Origin: Chiloscyllium plagiosum
Lineage: Eukaryota
Assembly (NCBI RefSeq): GCF_004010195.1
Contig: NC_057742.1
Span: 4,582,478-4,646,477 of the forward strand
Length of the DNA stretch: 64,000 bases
Reading direction: 5' to 3'
Shown: positions 11,408-21,684 of the stretch, piece by piece
Position numbering within the stretch: the stretch's first letter is position 1
Layout of the letters: every line of letters starts with the position of its first letter
Notes under the pieces: generated by a model
Database searches by the model: none
Seen by the model: the letters and a program-made list of their open reading frames with translations, nothing else
What the model was told of the DNA's origin: nothing
Made by a program: the position numbers and the translations under genes

Positions 11408-12600
11408 GTGACTCCTTCCCGCTGGCCAGCCCGAGCCGCAAGGGGCTTGCTCACGGACTTGGTGAGGGCTGGTCCCGCCTGCTGAAGGGCTCGGCTTCCC
11501 GGGCCATTGTGACCCCCGGACGGAGGCTGGCCCGTTGCCCTGTCCCTCAGAGTAGGCGCCTCTCAAATGCAGCAGCTGGCAGAGCTCGGAGTGGCGTGGC
11601 CCGTGCTGCTGCTGCCTGGGTCAGGGGCTGGTGCCTTTTAATCCGGGCACGTTACAGCCGAATGACAAAAATAGCCCAGACATTAGAGAGAAAAAAAAAG
11701 TGGGAAAGACCATTTCAATAGGGGCATGGGAAAAAAAAACTCGACATTTTTCATTCTCAAATAGTGCATCCTCTCGGTGATGAAAGCACATCGCTCACCA
11801 TGACAACGGGAGGCAGGAGATGAAGGCGGAATGAACAGGGAGACTCCGGGAGAGAGTGAGAGTCTCAGTCAGACAGCACTGACTGGCACTGGGCTTGGCC
11901 CCACACTGACTGTGCCCTCCCAGTCTCCTGCTCGGCTCTAACACACCACTGCATGGTCAATGAGGGCGCACTCAGGTGCTGTCGCTTATTTGACTGTTTC
12001 AGGGCAACAACATTTCAGGATTCATCCACTCTCTCTCTCTCCCCCACAAAGCCCCCAGCCCACACCTCCCCCTCCCAATGGAGATGGGACTCTGCATGTG
12101 CCAAAGCCTACTTTGCAGCTTTTTAAAAACCGTCTTCAGTCGAATAAGTGACCCATCCTTGTTTGTAAATCAAAGCAGACAATGCGCGCAGCAGAAAATG
12201 CACCAGCGCTGAGGCCAGGCTCTTACCGCTCGCCTCTGACGAGGTAAGAGGAGAAATGGTGTCAGGAAGAGCAGCCAGTGGCAGATTTGTGTCCTGTGTG
12301 TGGGTGTGTGTGTTGTGAGGGCTTTAGGCTGAGGGTCGAGCCTCGGGCAGGGTCACAGAGCGGCAGAAGCAGCTCCCAAAGGCTAGAAGCATCGGCGTGA
12401 CCCGCCTTCATTCGGAGGGAAGGTCACTGGGGTGAAGCCCGGAAACCTGGCTCTCTCGCCAGCCTCTGCTCACGTTTCCCCAGGCTCTTTGTTGATCGCT
12501 CTGCTTTCGGATCTCCAACACCCCACATTATTCCGTTGCTGTGGCCGATTGCTACAAAGTACCGAGCACATGGACAGCACGGAGTTGAGCAGTTCCCCCC
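11408..12600 (-). promoter_or_regulatory. Probable GPR179 5'UTR and proximal promoter (GC/CpG-enriched, repeat-free)
   Basis: Repeat-free, CpG-richer than the flanks, directly upstream of the GPR179 ATG. The minus strand reads GGATTAAAAG at 11635-11644, a TAATCC K50-homeodomain motif overlapping a TATA-like ATTAAAA. The TSS cannot be determined from sequence. Confidence 0.5.
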
Positions 12601-13003
12601 AGTCTGAGGCAAACCTTCCCGTTGTGTGAATATTTGTCTCTGGGAAGGAATGTGAGGATAAGAGGGTCCAGAATTCTTCCAGGGATGAGAGGCTTCACAT
12701 AACGGAGTCGGTTGGACAGTGTCCCTTGGAGAGGTTTTGGTGAGAACAAGAGGGGTGTGTGTGTGTGTGTTCCCCTGGGACTGTGAGCAGGGACTGTGCA
12801 GACGGTATGCCTGTAATACCACTGGATTCGATCTCATGGGGTAATCAGCGGGTGGTTGGCTGGATTTTAGCATTTACAATCCAGATGACAGGGAAGATTC
12901 GGGGATCTGAAACAAAACCAGAAGTTGCTGGAGAAGCTCGGCAGCATCTAAGGAGGGAGAAACTGAGATAACTTTTCATCAGGGTCACTGGACTCGAAGC
13001 ACT

Positions 13004-13268
13004 GTGGCATGGTGGCTCAGTGGGTTAGCACTCCTACCTCAGGCACTGTCTGTGCGGAGTTGGCACATTGTGTATACGTGAGTTTCCACCCACGATCCAA
13101 CGAAATGCAGGTTCCATGGCGGTGGTGAAATTGTTCATAATGTCTAGGGATGTGTGGATTAGCCATGGGAAATGTAGGGCAAAGGGTTTGGGTGAGATGC
13201 TCTTCGGAGGGTCGATCTGGACTCAATGGGCTGAATGGCCTGCCTCCACACTACAGGGATTCTATGAT
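13004..13268 (+). mobile_element. HE1 (V-SINE), degraded, inserted in a palindromic Penelope-derived element (about 12910-13330)
   Basis: ggcatggtggctcagtgggttagcact..ctgtctgtgcggagttggcacatt..tail gggctgaatggcctgcctccacactacagggattctatga. Confidence 0.7.
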
Positions 13269-14539
13269 TTACTCTGTGTGAGTCTCCCTCTCTCTCCACA
13301 GATGCTGCCAGACCTGTTGAGTTTCTGATTTCTAACATCAACATTTTTTTGTTTTATTAAGATATGGGGATGTTATTTTAAACTTATTTGTTTTAAGTGA
13401 GATTGTTCAATTAATATCAAGGAAATGCATTTTCAAGCTATTGAAATTAAATTCAATCACAAAAAAATTCAGAGGGAAGAATCTTTCTATTTGAATTTGG
13501 TCTCCCCTCACTGTGTAAACTTAGAATCCCATCTGAAAGCTTCTTAGTTCAGGGACACAGTTTCCGTATCATTTAATGGAAGCTCTGGTGATTTTGGGTT
13601 GAGGAGAAGGGTGACTTGAGAATTCAAGAAGCTAAAAGCTGTTGTTTATACCTTTTCCTGATTATATAGTGTGCAGCCAATTGAAAAGGTGGGATTTTCC
13701 TGATGATGTGTTTTGACATATTTAAGGCGTTAAAGAAAAATTACAAGATTTCAAAAGCAATTGAAGGCAAAGTCTGGATTTTTAGACAAAAGAATCCTTG
13801 TCCTCTGTAAGGTAACTGATGCAATCTCTGGATTGTCATATTTGTATATATTTGTGAAACATGGTATGATCATAAGTCAGCTTTATGTTTGTTTTCATAT
13901 CACCACCGTTTGACAATTCCCCTTTCGAAGTAAGCCAGTTAATTTTGGGTATGTTGCTATGATGGTTATAGCACTGAACTAGTCATCCACAAACCCTAGA
14001 CTAATAATCTAGCAAGAAGCAGAACCTTACCACTTTATGTTGGGGAAATCAAATCAATGAATTAAATAAATCAGGAATTAAAACGAAACAAAATCAGTAA
14101 CAATGACCATGAAGCTGGAAGATTATGATTAAAGAGAAAAGCTCCACCTGTTTCACTACTTGCTCTTATGGAAGGAAATGGACCATCTTTACTCAGTCCA
14201 GAATTCCCAGCTGATAGAATTACTGGATCAGTCAGATCCCTGAGTGAATACTGGCTTAATAGATCATAATTTTTTAATCTATTGTGTTTAACATGGTGGC
14301 TAGGCCCTGAAACATAGTCACATGAAACTGCAGAGTTTTTTCAACCAAAGAACAAAGTTTATCACACAAAGATGAAAACAAACAAAAAGCTATTTGGATA
14401 TACAACACAGTTAGAAAGATCTTAAAACACACAGCAAAACAAAATTTTCAACATATGCCCCAATAATATCACTTTACAGAGATACAGATCCAGGGATATC
14501 ACACTGCTTTATCAAATCTTTAAATTCAACCTCATTCTC

Positions 14540-14737
14540 AATTTGGAGATGCCGGTGTTGGACTGGGGTGTACAAAGTTAAAAATCACACAACACCAGGT
14601 TATAGTCCAACAGGTTTAATTGGAAGCACTAGCTTTCGGAGTGACGCTCCTTCCTCAGGTGGTGAAGGAGTGGCACTCTGAAAGCCAGTGTTTCCAATTA
14701 AACCTGTTGGACTATAACCTGGTGTTGTGTGATCTTT
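14540..14737. mobile_element. About 200-bp palindromic Penelope-derived element with TSD
   Basis: Arms 14577-14653 and 14664-14740 are near-perfect inverted repeats (aatcacacaacaccaggttatagtccaacaggtttaattggaa / ttccaattaaacctgttggactataacctggtgttgtgtgat). Flanked by AACCTCATTCTC at 14528-14539 and 14738-14749. Confidence 0.8.
14627..14661 (-). ncRNA. Minimal type-I hammerhead ribozyme motif
   Basis: Minus strand: CAC-CUGAGGA-A-GGAG CGUCA CUCC-GAAA-GCUA-GUG; stem I CAC/GUG, stem II GGAG/CUCC, palindromic AGCU stem III, CUA cleavage triplet. Confidence 0.7.
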
Positions 14738-15417
14738 AACCTCATTCTCCACAGTTTTGGTCCAGTGAAGTGTAATTACTTCTTAATAAGAACTCATGAA
14801 ACAGAGTTTACTTTTTCTCAACGTTTAATAACCTGGAGATTTCTAAACAAACACTGTTGGTCTGAAACCTGCACAAACTAAATACTTTCACTGTGGTAAC
14901 TTCTGCCTTGATTGACCTGAAAAAAAATCTTTCTAGGACAGGAACTAAACCTATTTCTCACCCTAGTCAGGTTTCCTCTGAACTAACCTAAAAATATTCA
15001 ATCTCTAGCTTTTCTAAATGAAAATTAATACTCGATTATTTTGAAAAGAAACAAGCTAATAGCTTTCATGTATTACTCTTCCTGTCATAAACACCACAGT
15101 ATAATCACCTTACTCCATTAACACTCCAGGTTTTGAAGTTATCTGTTCTCTCTGGCACAAACTAGATTAGGTCAATGCTCTGGAAGAACTGTCTAGTTTG
15201 AGTTTTTTTTTGTTAAACTAATGCCCATATGCCACTATCCTGACAACTAAACACTAAAAATTATATCTATATATACAAATTACTCACCTTTGATCAGATC
15301 TTACCCCAAAAAAGAACAAAACTTTGTCCTTAGATATTTTCATTTGCAATCAAAAGGTTCTTTTTAACATTATTTCTGTGTTACATTAATAGCAATACTG
15401 TATTGCTATTTAACTTG

Positions 15418-17250
15418 GAGTCATAGAGATATATAGCACAGAAACAGACCTTCGGTCCAAATCATCCATGCAGACTAGATATCCTAATCTAATCTAATCC
15501 AATTTGCCAGTGCTTGGCCCATATTCTTCTAAACCCTTCCTATTCATATACTCATCCAGATGCCTTTTAAAAGTTGTAATTGTACCAACCTCCACCACTT
15601 CCTCTGGCAGCTCATTCCATACACATACCACCCTCTGTGTGAAAAAGTTGCCCCTTAGGTCCCTTTTAAATTTTTCCCCTCTCACCCGAAACCTATGCCC
15701 TCTAGTTCTGGACTCCCCTACACCAGGGAAAATACCTTGTATATTTACTCTATCCATGCCCCTCATGATTTTATAAACCTCTATAATGGTCACCCCTCAG
15801 CCTTTGACGCGCCAAGGAAAATAGACTCAGCCAATTCAGCCTCTCCCAATTGTTCAAACCCTCTAACCCTGGCAAGATCCTTGTAAATCTCTTCTGAATC
15901 CTTTGAAGTGTCACAACATCCTTCTGATGGGAAGGAGACGAGAATTGCCTGCAATATTCCAAAAATGGCCTAACCAATGTCCTGTACAGCTGCAACATGA
16001 CCTCCCAACTCCTACACTAAATGGTCTGACCAATAAAGGAAAGCATACCAAATGCCTTCTTCACTATCCTATCTACCCGTGACTCCACTTTCAAGGAGCT
16101 ATGAACCTGCACTCCAAGGTCTCTTTGTTCAGCAACACAGCCCAGGACCTTACCATTAAATGTATAAGTCCTGCTCTGATTTGTCTTTCCAAAATGCAGC
16201 ACCTCACACTTATCTAAATTAAACTCCATCTGCCACTTCTCAGCCCATTGGCCCATCTGATCAAGATCCCATTGTGCTCTGAGGTAACCTTCTTTGCTGT
16301 TCACTACAACTCCAATTTCGGTGTCATCTGCAAACTTACTAACTAAACCTTCTATGTTCACACCCAAGTCATTTACGTAAATGATGAAAAGCAGTGGACC
16401 CAACACCAATCGTTGTGGCACACCATTACCTCAGGCCTTCAGTCTGAAAAGCAACCCTCCACCATCATCCTTTGTCTTCTACCTTCAAGCCAGTTCTGTG
16501 TCCAAATGGCTAGTTGTCTCTGTATTTCATGAGATCTAACCTTACTAACCAGTCTCCCATGGGGAACTTTGAAGAATGCCTCACTGAAATCCATATAGAT
16601 CATGTCCACCACTCTGCCCTCATCAATCTTCTTTGTTACTTCTTCAAAAAACTCTCAAGTTCGTGAGAGATGATTTCCCACGCACAAAGCCACGCTGACT
16701 ATCCCTAATCAGTTTTAGCCTTTCCAAAAGCATGTAAATCCTATCCCTCAGGATTCCCTCCAACAAATGGCCCATTACTGATGACAGGCTCACCAGTCTA
16801 TAATTCCCTGGCTTTTCCTTGCCACCTTTCTTAAATAGTGGCACCACGTTAGCCAACGTTCAGTCTTCTGGTACCTCACCTGTGATTATCGATGATACAA
16901 ATATCTCAGCAAGGGGCCCAGCAATCACTTCCCTAGCTTCCTACAGAGTTCTAGGATACACCTGATCATGTCCTGGGAATTTACCCACTTTTTTGCGTTT
17001 TGAGACATCCAGCACCTCCTCCTCTGTAATATGGACATTTTTCAAGATGTCGCCATCTATTTCCCCACATTACCTTCCATGTCTTTCTCCACAGTAAACA
17101 CTAATACAAAATACTCGTTTAGTATCTTCCCCATCTCTTGTAGTTCCACATGTAGGCTGCCTTGATGATCTTTGAGAGGTGGTATTCTCTCCTTAGTTAC
17201 TCTTTTATCCTTAATATATTTATAAAATCACTTTGGATTCTCCTTAACCC
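15418..17250 (-). mobile_element. CR1/HER1 LINE, 5'-truncated about 1.8 kb, RT pseudogene with frameshifts
   Basis: ORFs 16644-16856 (ANVVPLFKKGGKEKPGNYRLVSL), 16017-16421 (PQ..VLGPLLFIIYVND..SKFADDT), 15771-15998 (LYRTLVRP.LEYC) and 15494-15793 (C-terminus), then the 3'UTR. Confidence 0.92.
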
Positions 17251-17479
17251 TTTTTACATATAATGCATTTTAATGACTTTGCTGTTTAATCACTGGAAAA
17301 TTACTGGTGCATCTTTTATTCCAAATGGCATGATTTCACATCAATATAGTTCATCTAATGTTACAAAATCTGATATTTCTCTGGCTTTATCAGCAATTGT
17401 AATTTACAAATATTATTTTACCATTTCATAAATGATAACAAAAATTGGACAGTATAGATGCAAAAAAAGGGGCATAGGT

Positions 17480-18128
17480 GTACTTGTCAATAAATCACTG
17501 CAGGCTTACGTGTAGGTGCAGCAAGCTATGAGGAAGGCTAATGGAATGTTAGCCTTTATTGGAAGAGAATTTGTGTACAGGAGTAGTAAGTCTAGCTTCA
17601 GTTGTATAAGAACTTGGTTAGGCCACATCTGGAGTACTGTGTGAGATTTTTTTTTATCTCAGAATGATATTCTTGCCATAGAGTGAGTGCAATGTAAGTT
17701 CATCAGTCCTGTTCCCAGATGGAGGGGCTGTCCTTTCAAGAGACATTGTGCTAAAATTATTCTCTAGAGTTTTGAAGAAAGAGGGGTGATCTCACTGAAA
17801 CCTTCAAAATACTCAAAGGGAAAAACAGGGTAGATGCAGGTAAGATTTTTCCCCAGCTCGGTCCAAACCTGGAGGAACAATTTAAAATTAAGGGGGATTC
17901 CACTTAGGTCCTAGATGAGGAGATGTTATTTTACTCTATTACAGAGGGCTGAGGCGGCTCAGTCTTTGAAAATGTTTAAGGTAGAGGTTGATAGATTTCT
18001 AGTTGCCAGTGGCATGCATAGTTATGGGGATGGGGGTGAGTAAAAAGCATTGAAGTGTTCGATTAATCACGATTGTATTGAATGTTGGGCAGGCTCAATG
18101 GGCTGAATGGTCTATCCTGTTTCTATTT
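17480..18128 (+). mobile_element. Degraded CR1-like LINE 3' fragment
   Basis: ttgtataagaacttggttaggccacatctggagtactgt (LYKNLVRPHLEYC), gaggggtgatctcactgaaac, tail caggctcaatgggctgaatggtctatcctgtttctat. Confidence 0.8.
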
Positions 18129-18131
18129 GCC

Positions 18132-18950
18132 TCAGTACATTTTGGTGATGACATGTGCATGTTCAGTTTTTAAAATGCGATACTCCAATCTTGAAATTGG
18201 TAATGAGTCTGCTTTTGTTCTTGTGGTGACTTTGTGATAATCAATATAGAATCTTTGCAACCCATCCAGTTTCAGCAGCATCATAATGGGTGAGTTACAT
18301 CCATTATGACTCTGTTCAATAATGTCATTGTCCATCATGAACTTAATCTGTTCCCTCACTTGAGGTAATTTCTTTGGATTGAGTCTGTAAGGATTTTGTT
18401 TTATAGGTAACATATCACCACACCAATATAATGAACAACCAAAGATATTTTTCCTGGTTTATTCTCACAAATTGGTTTATGAGTCTGTAATAGACTTTGT
18501 AAGTCAGTTTTATTGTTTTCTGGAAGATATATTATCATGCTATCTAATATCTTAAGCCTCTCCACTTTGTCCAATCTGATTGCTGGAGGATCCCCTTTTG
18601 AATTTTCATTTCCTGATTCTCTGATTGCTTGATTTTAAAAATTCAATCCTTATTTCTTTCACTAATATAAGTATACTTCTTTCCTGATTATCCTTGCTGC
18701 ATTAGATCTTTTTAATGTAGCAACATGGTGCATTTGCTGATTTTTCCGATTGTTAAGAGCGCTTTCAATTTCTTGTTGATTTGAAAAGGTCAGTGAACCT
18801 TATTTTGAATGATTTCTAGAAACAGGATAACAACATGAACAAGTTATCCCCAACACAATAACTTTGAAGTCTGGCCTTCTTATCTGATCTAGCTTTTGTT
18901 CCTTATTGAGCACTCTTTAATTTTTTTTTGGTATAATCACATGCTTTGGT
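18132..18950 (-). mobile_element. Ty3/Gypsy LTR-retrotransposon pol remnant with integrase C-terminus upstream of RT (Gmr1-like order)
   Basis: RT N-terminus PIKQNPYRLNP..MMDNDIIE..SPIMMLLKLDGLQRFYIDYHKV..KADSLPISRLE (18132-18413). Upstream on the same strand: SDKKARLQSYCVGDNLFMLL..KIRFT/PFQINKKL..RKNQQMHHVATLKR (GPY/F module, frameshifted, about 18700-18900). Confidence 0.8.
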
Positions 18951-19578
18951 TAATTTTGGAAATTAAAAACGTTTCTGGAAGCATCGAGCTTAATTTTTGC
19001 CAAAGTTAGTCAAATGTAAATTTCTATGAAGTTAATGGAGGGCTACCATCTGTGAGCTTTTGTGGTTTATCTCCGGCAATCCTCTGCTGCTCAGTTCACC
19101 AAGCATCTATGCTGCTACTCTTCTGCTATCATGCATTCACAAGCGATGGAGGTACTTACTACTATAAGGACCTCCCAGAATTTCCACCATCAATGTCATA
19201 GTTAAAGTCTGACTGTGCACCAGGTCAATCAGTACCAGCAACAAACAGTCCATCACAGTGTACGTTGTAGGAGGGAAATAAAAAAGAACAACTTCTGAGG
19301 ACTTGTAGGTGGCATGGTTAACATTTCATAGAAGCTCATATTTATAAATGCATTGCTATTTTTCATCATTACCTGTCCAACTGTCATTGTAACTGCAAGA
19401 TTACAACATTTAAGCAAAATAGGCTCTCATCCTTCGCAACATAGTATGTTGCTACCATGTCTGATGGCATGGTTCTCTTTCTCTAACACCCAGCATAGCA
19501 TAACATCCTGTCATTGTTCAGTGTGAGAGCATCCCATGATAGAACACCTTCAAGCTGTTGAAAATGTTAACTTCTCTT

Positions 19579-19925
19579 CATAGAATGACAGAATCCGTGG
19601 AAGCAGGCCATTTGTCCTATCAAATCCACACTGACCGTCTAAACAGCATCCCATCCAGACCCAACTCCTGAGCCTATCCCTGTAACCGTGCATTTCCCAT
19701 GGCTAATCCACCCAGCCTGCACCTCCCTGGACACTATGGGAAAATTTAGCATGGCCAATCCACCCTAACTTGCATATCTTTGGACTGTAGGAGGAAACCG
19801 GAGCACGTAGAGGAAACCCACACAGATGCAGTGAGAATGTGAGACAGTTGCTAGAGGCTGGAATTGAATCCAGGTCCCTGGTGCTATGAGGCAGCAGTGC
19901 TAACCACTGAGTCACTGTGCTGCCC
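19579..19925 (-). mobile_element. HE1 (V-SINE), full length
   Basis: Reverse: gggcagcacagtgactcagtggttagcactgctgcctcatagcaccagggacctggattcaattcc..tgggtttcctctacgtgctccggtttcctcc.. Confidence 0.88.
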
Positions 19926-21519
19926 CTTCTATTGAACAACAGGAAAAGTGAACAAAGACAAACAAAAAACAATTACATTTGTTTCTGCGAACAAACAAGG
20001 ACTGCTGGCTGATAGAACAGCAGCAAATTTACAGTCAATGAATAATTACCACTGAAATCAGCTTCATTGGAATCAGGTGTCAATTATGTCCTATATCTGA
20101 TCACTAGACTGTAGTGGTTCCAGTTTAAGATTGCTTATTTCCAATTCTCTTTTCCTTTTCTTCACATTCTTTTCTGTGGCTCTATTCCTCTATTTTTTTC
20201 ATTTTTTCTCTTTCCCTTTCTTTTCTCTAACTGCCTTTTTAATTGGACTTAACCAATTCTTAAGCTTCTTTCCTATGAACTGTGTAGTCTTCTTAAATGC
20301 ATTTGCACAAAACTGAGAGCTTAGACTTTCTTAGCTTCAAGCTCCATATTTACAAGCAAATGCTTTTGGTCTTGAATCTGTACGAATTAAGCTTTTCTAC
20401 TGAGGTAACTAATTCCCTTAACTGCCCTGAAAAACTCCCTTCTAGGAGAGAAACTATATTTGCTTCTGACCCCAGTTGTCTCCTCCAAACCGTTCTAAAA
20501 CCGCTGACCCAGTTTTCTCAAGCAAAATGTTCACAACAGTAAATAATAACTATTTGCCGCTATTTTGATATCCAAATTCAAAAGATTATGTTAATACATA
20601 CATAATTAACACATTGTTCATCACAGGGGTTGGCTTCTGACTGCCTTCTGAAATGACCCCACAGGCTATTCAGCTCTGTATTCACCACCACCTTTGCAAG
20701 AACAATGAGGGATAGGCAATAAATGCTGGTCTTTCCAGCAACAGCGATACATTAATTCATAGAGGGAGTCAAGACTAAATATTCTTCAAGTTAAACAAAG
20801 TTTGAGCCTGAGGTTAATTGGAGCCAGGACTTCCAGCATAATGCAGATCTGCTTTAAGGTCTTCTGGACATTCTGTATTTATTTTTGATAATAATCTCTT
20901 GTGTAGAAGCTCATTGAATTTTTTTCTGCAAATCCATATTAATAGCATCATTGACACTCCCTTATCGGCCTTTTAAATTACCTTGTCAAAAGATTCAATT
21001 AACTTAGATGTGATCTAACATTAACAGCAGCTTGTTGTGTACCTCTGATCAGTTCATATTTGTTCATGTGCTCATTCAATCCAAACATAATGATAGATGA
21101 TTCTCATTTCTTCTTGACTCAGTTAATATAGGCTCGTGGTTACATAGTCTTATGATCTCATCCTTCTTTAGTAATGCACTGATTTACAAACTAAGGGTAT
21201 AATTCCTATCAAAAGGGCTTTGAAAGATTTCAAGATGTCTTTTGGTGTGCCATTATAACTTTTCATCACTCCACTATAGCTGTGAACTCTCGACTGTGCT
21301 ACAAAGGATTAATTTGGGAATTCTGTAGTCAGCCATGTAAATAATAGATTCAGAACCTTTCTGTCCAAGGTCACAATTCCACTTATATATTGGAACTCAA
21401 GGCTATCAGTGTTGGACTACCCTGTTTTGCTCTTTCGTTGGCTGTTTTAACTGAGGGAAGAATGGCAGCTAGGATACTTAGAGTGCCTTGGGATAGGGTG
21501 ATGTCCATTAGAATCACCA

Positions 21520-21684
21520 GCACACATATTTCATCTGAAGGATTGCACTTCTGACAATGTAACACTTCCTCAATACAGTGATGAAATGTCAGCCTAGATT
21601 ATGAACTTAATTTCCTGGAGTGGCGTTTGAACCAGAAGTCCTATGACTCAGAGGCACAAGTGCTGCTAACTGAACAGAGCTGAC
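21520..21684 (-). mobile_element. DeuSINE-like SINE 5' fragment
   Basis: Reverse: gtcagctctgttcagttagcagcacttgtgcctctgagtcat..ggttcaaacgccactccagg..atctaggctgacat..gtattgaggaagtg. Confidence 0.65.

Noticed and set aside
10856-11411. Plus-strand ORFs overlapping GPR179 exon 1
   Set aside because: Antisense shadow ORFs of a GC-rich coding exon.
11408-11566. 53-aa N-terminal extension of GPR179 in the ORF track
   Set aside because: It starts at TTG, has no family similarity and precedes a clear signal peptide starting at ATG 11407; most likely 5'UTR.
11795-11808. RFX X-box-like sequence ctcaccatgacaac
   Set aside because: Only one good half-site; cannot be distinguished from chance without conservation data.
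12236-12260. CTGACGA...GAAA hammerhead-like core in the GPR179 upstream region
   Set aside because: The intervening sequence cannot form stem II and there is no stem I/III support.
12561-12582. REST/NRSE-like motif (agcacatggacagcac)
   Set aside because: The left half-site is poor and the spacer is one base short of the canonical TTCAGCACCnnGGACAG; not supportable.
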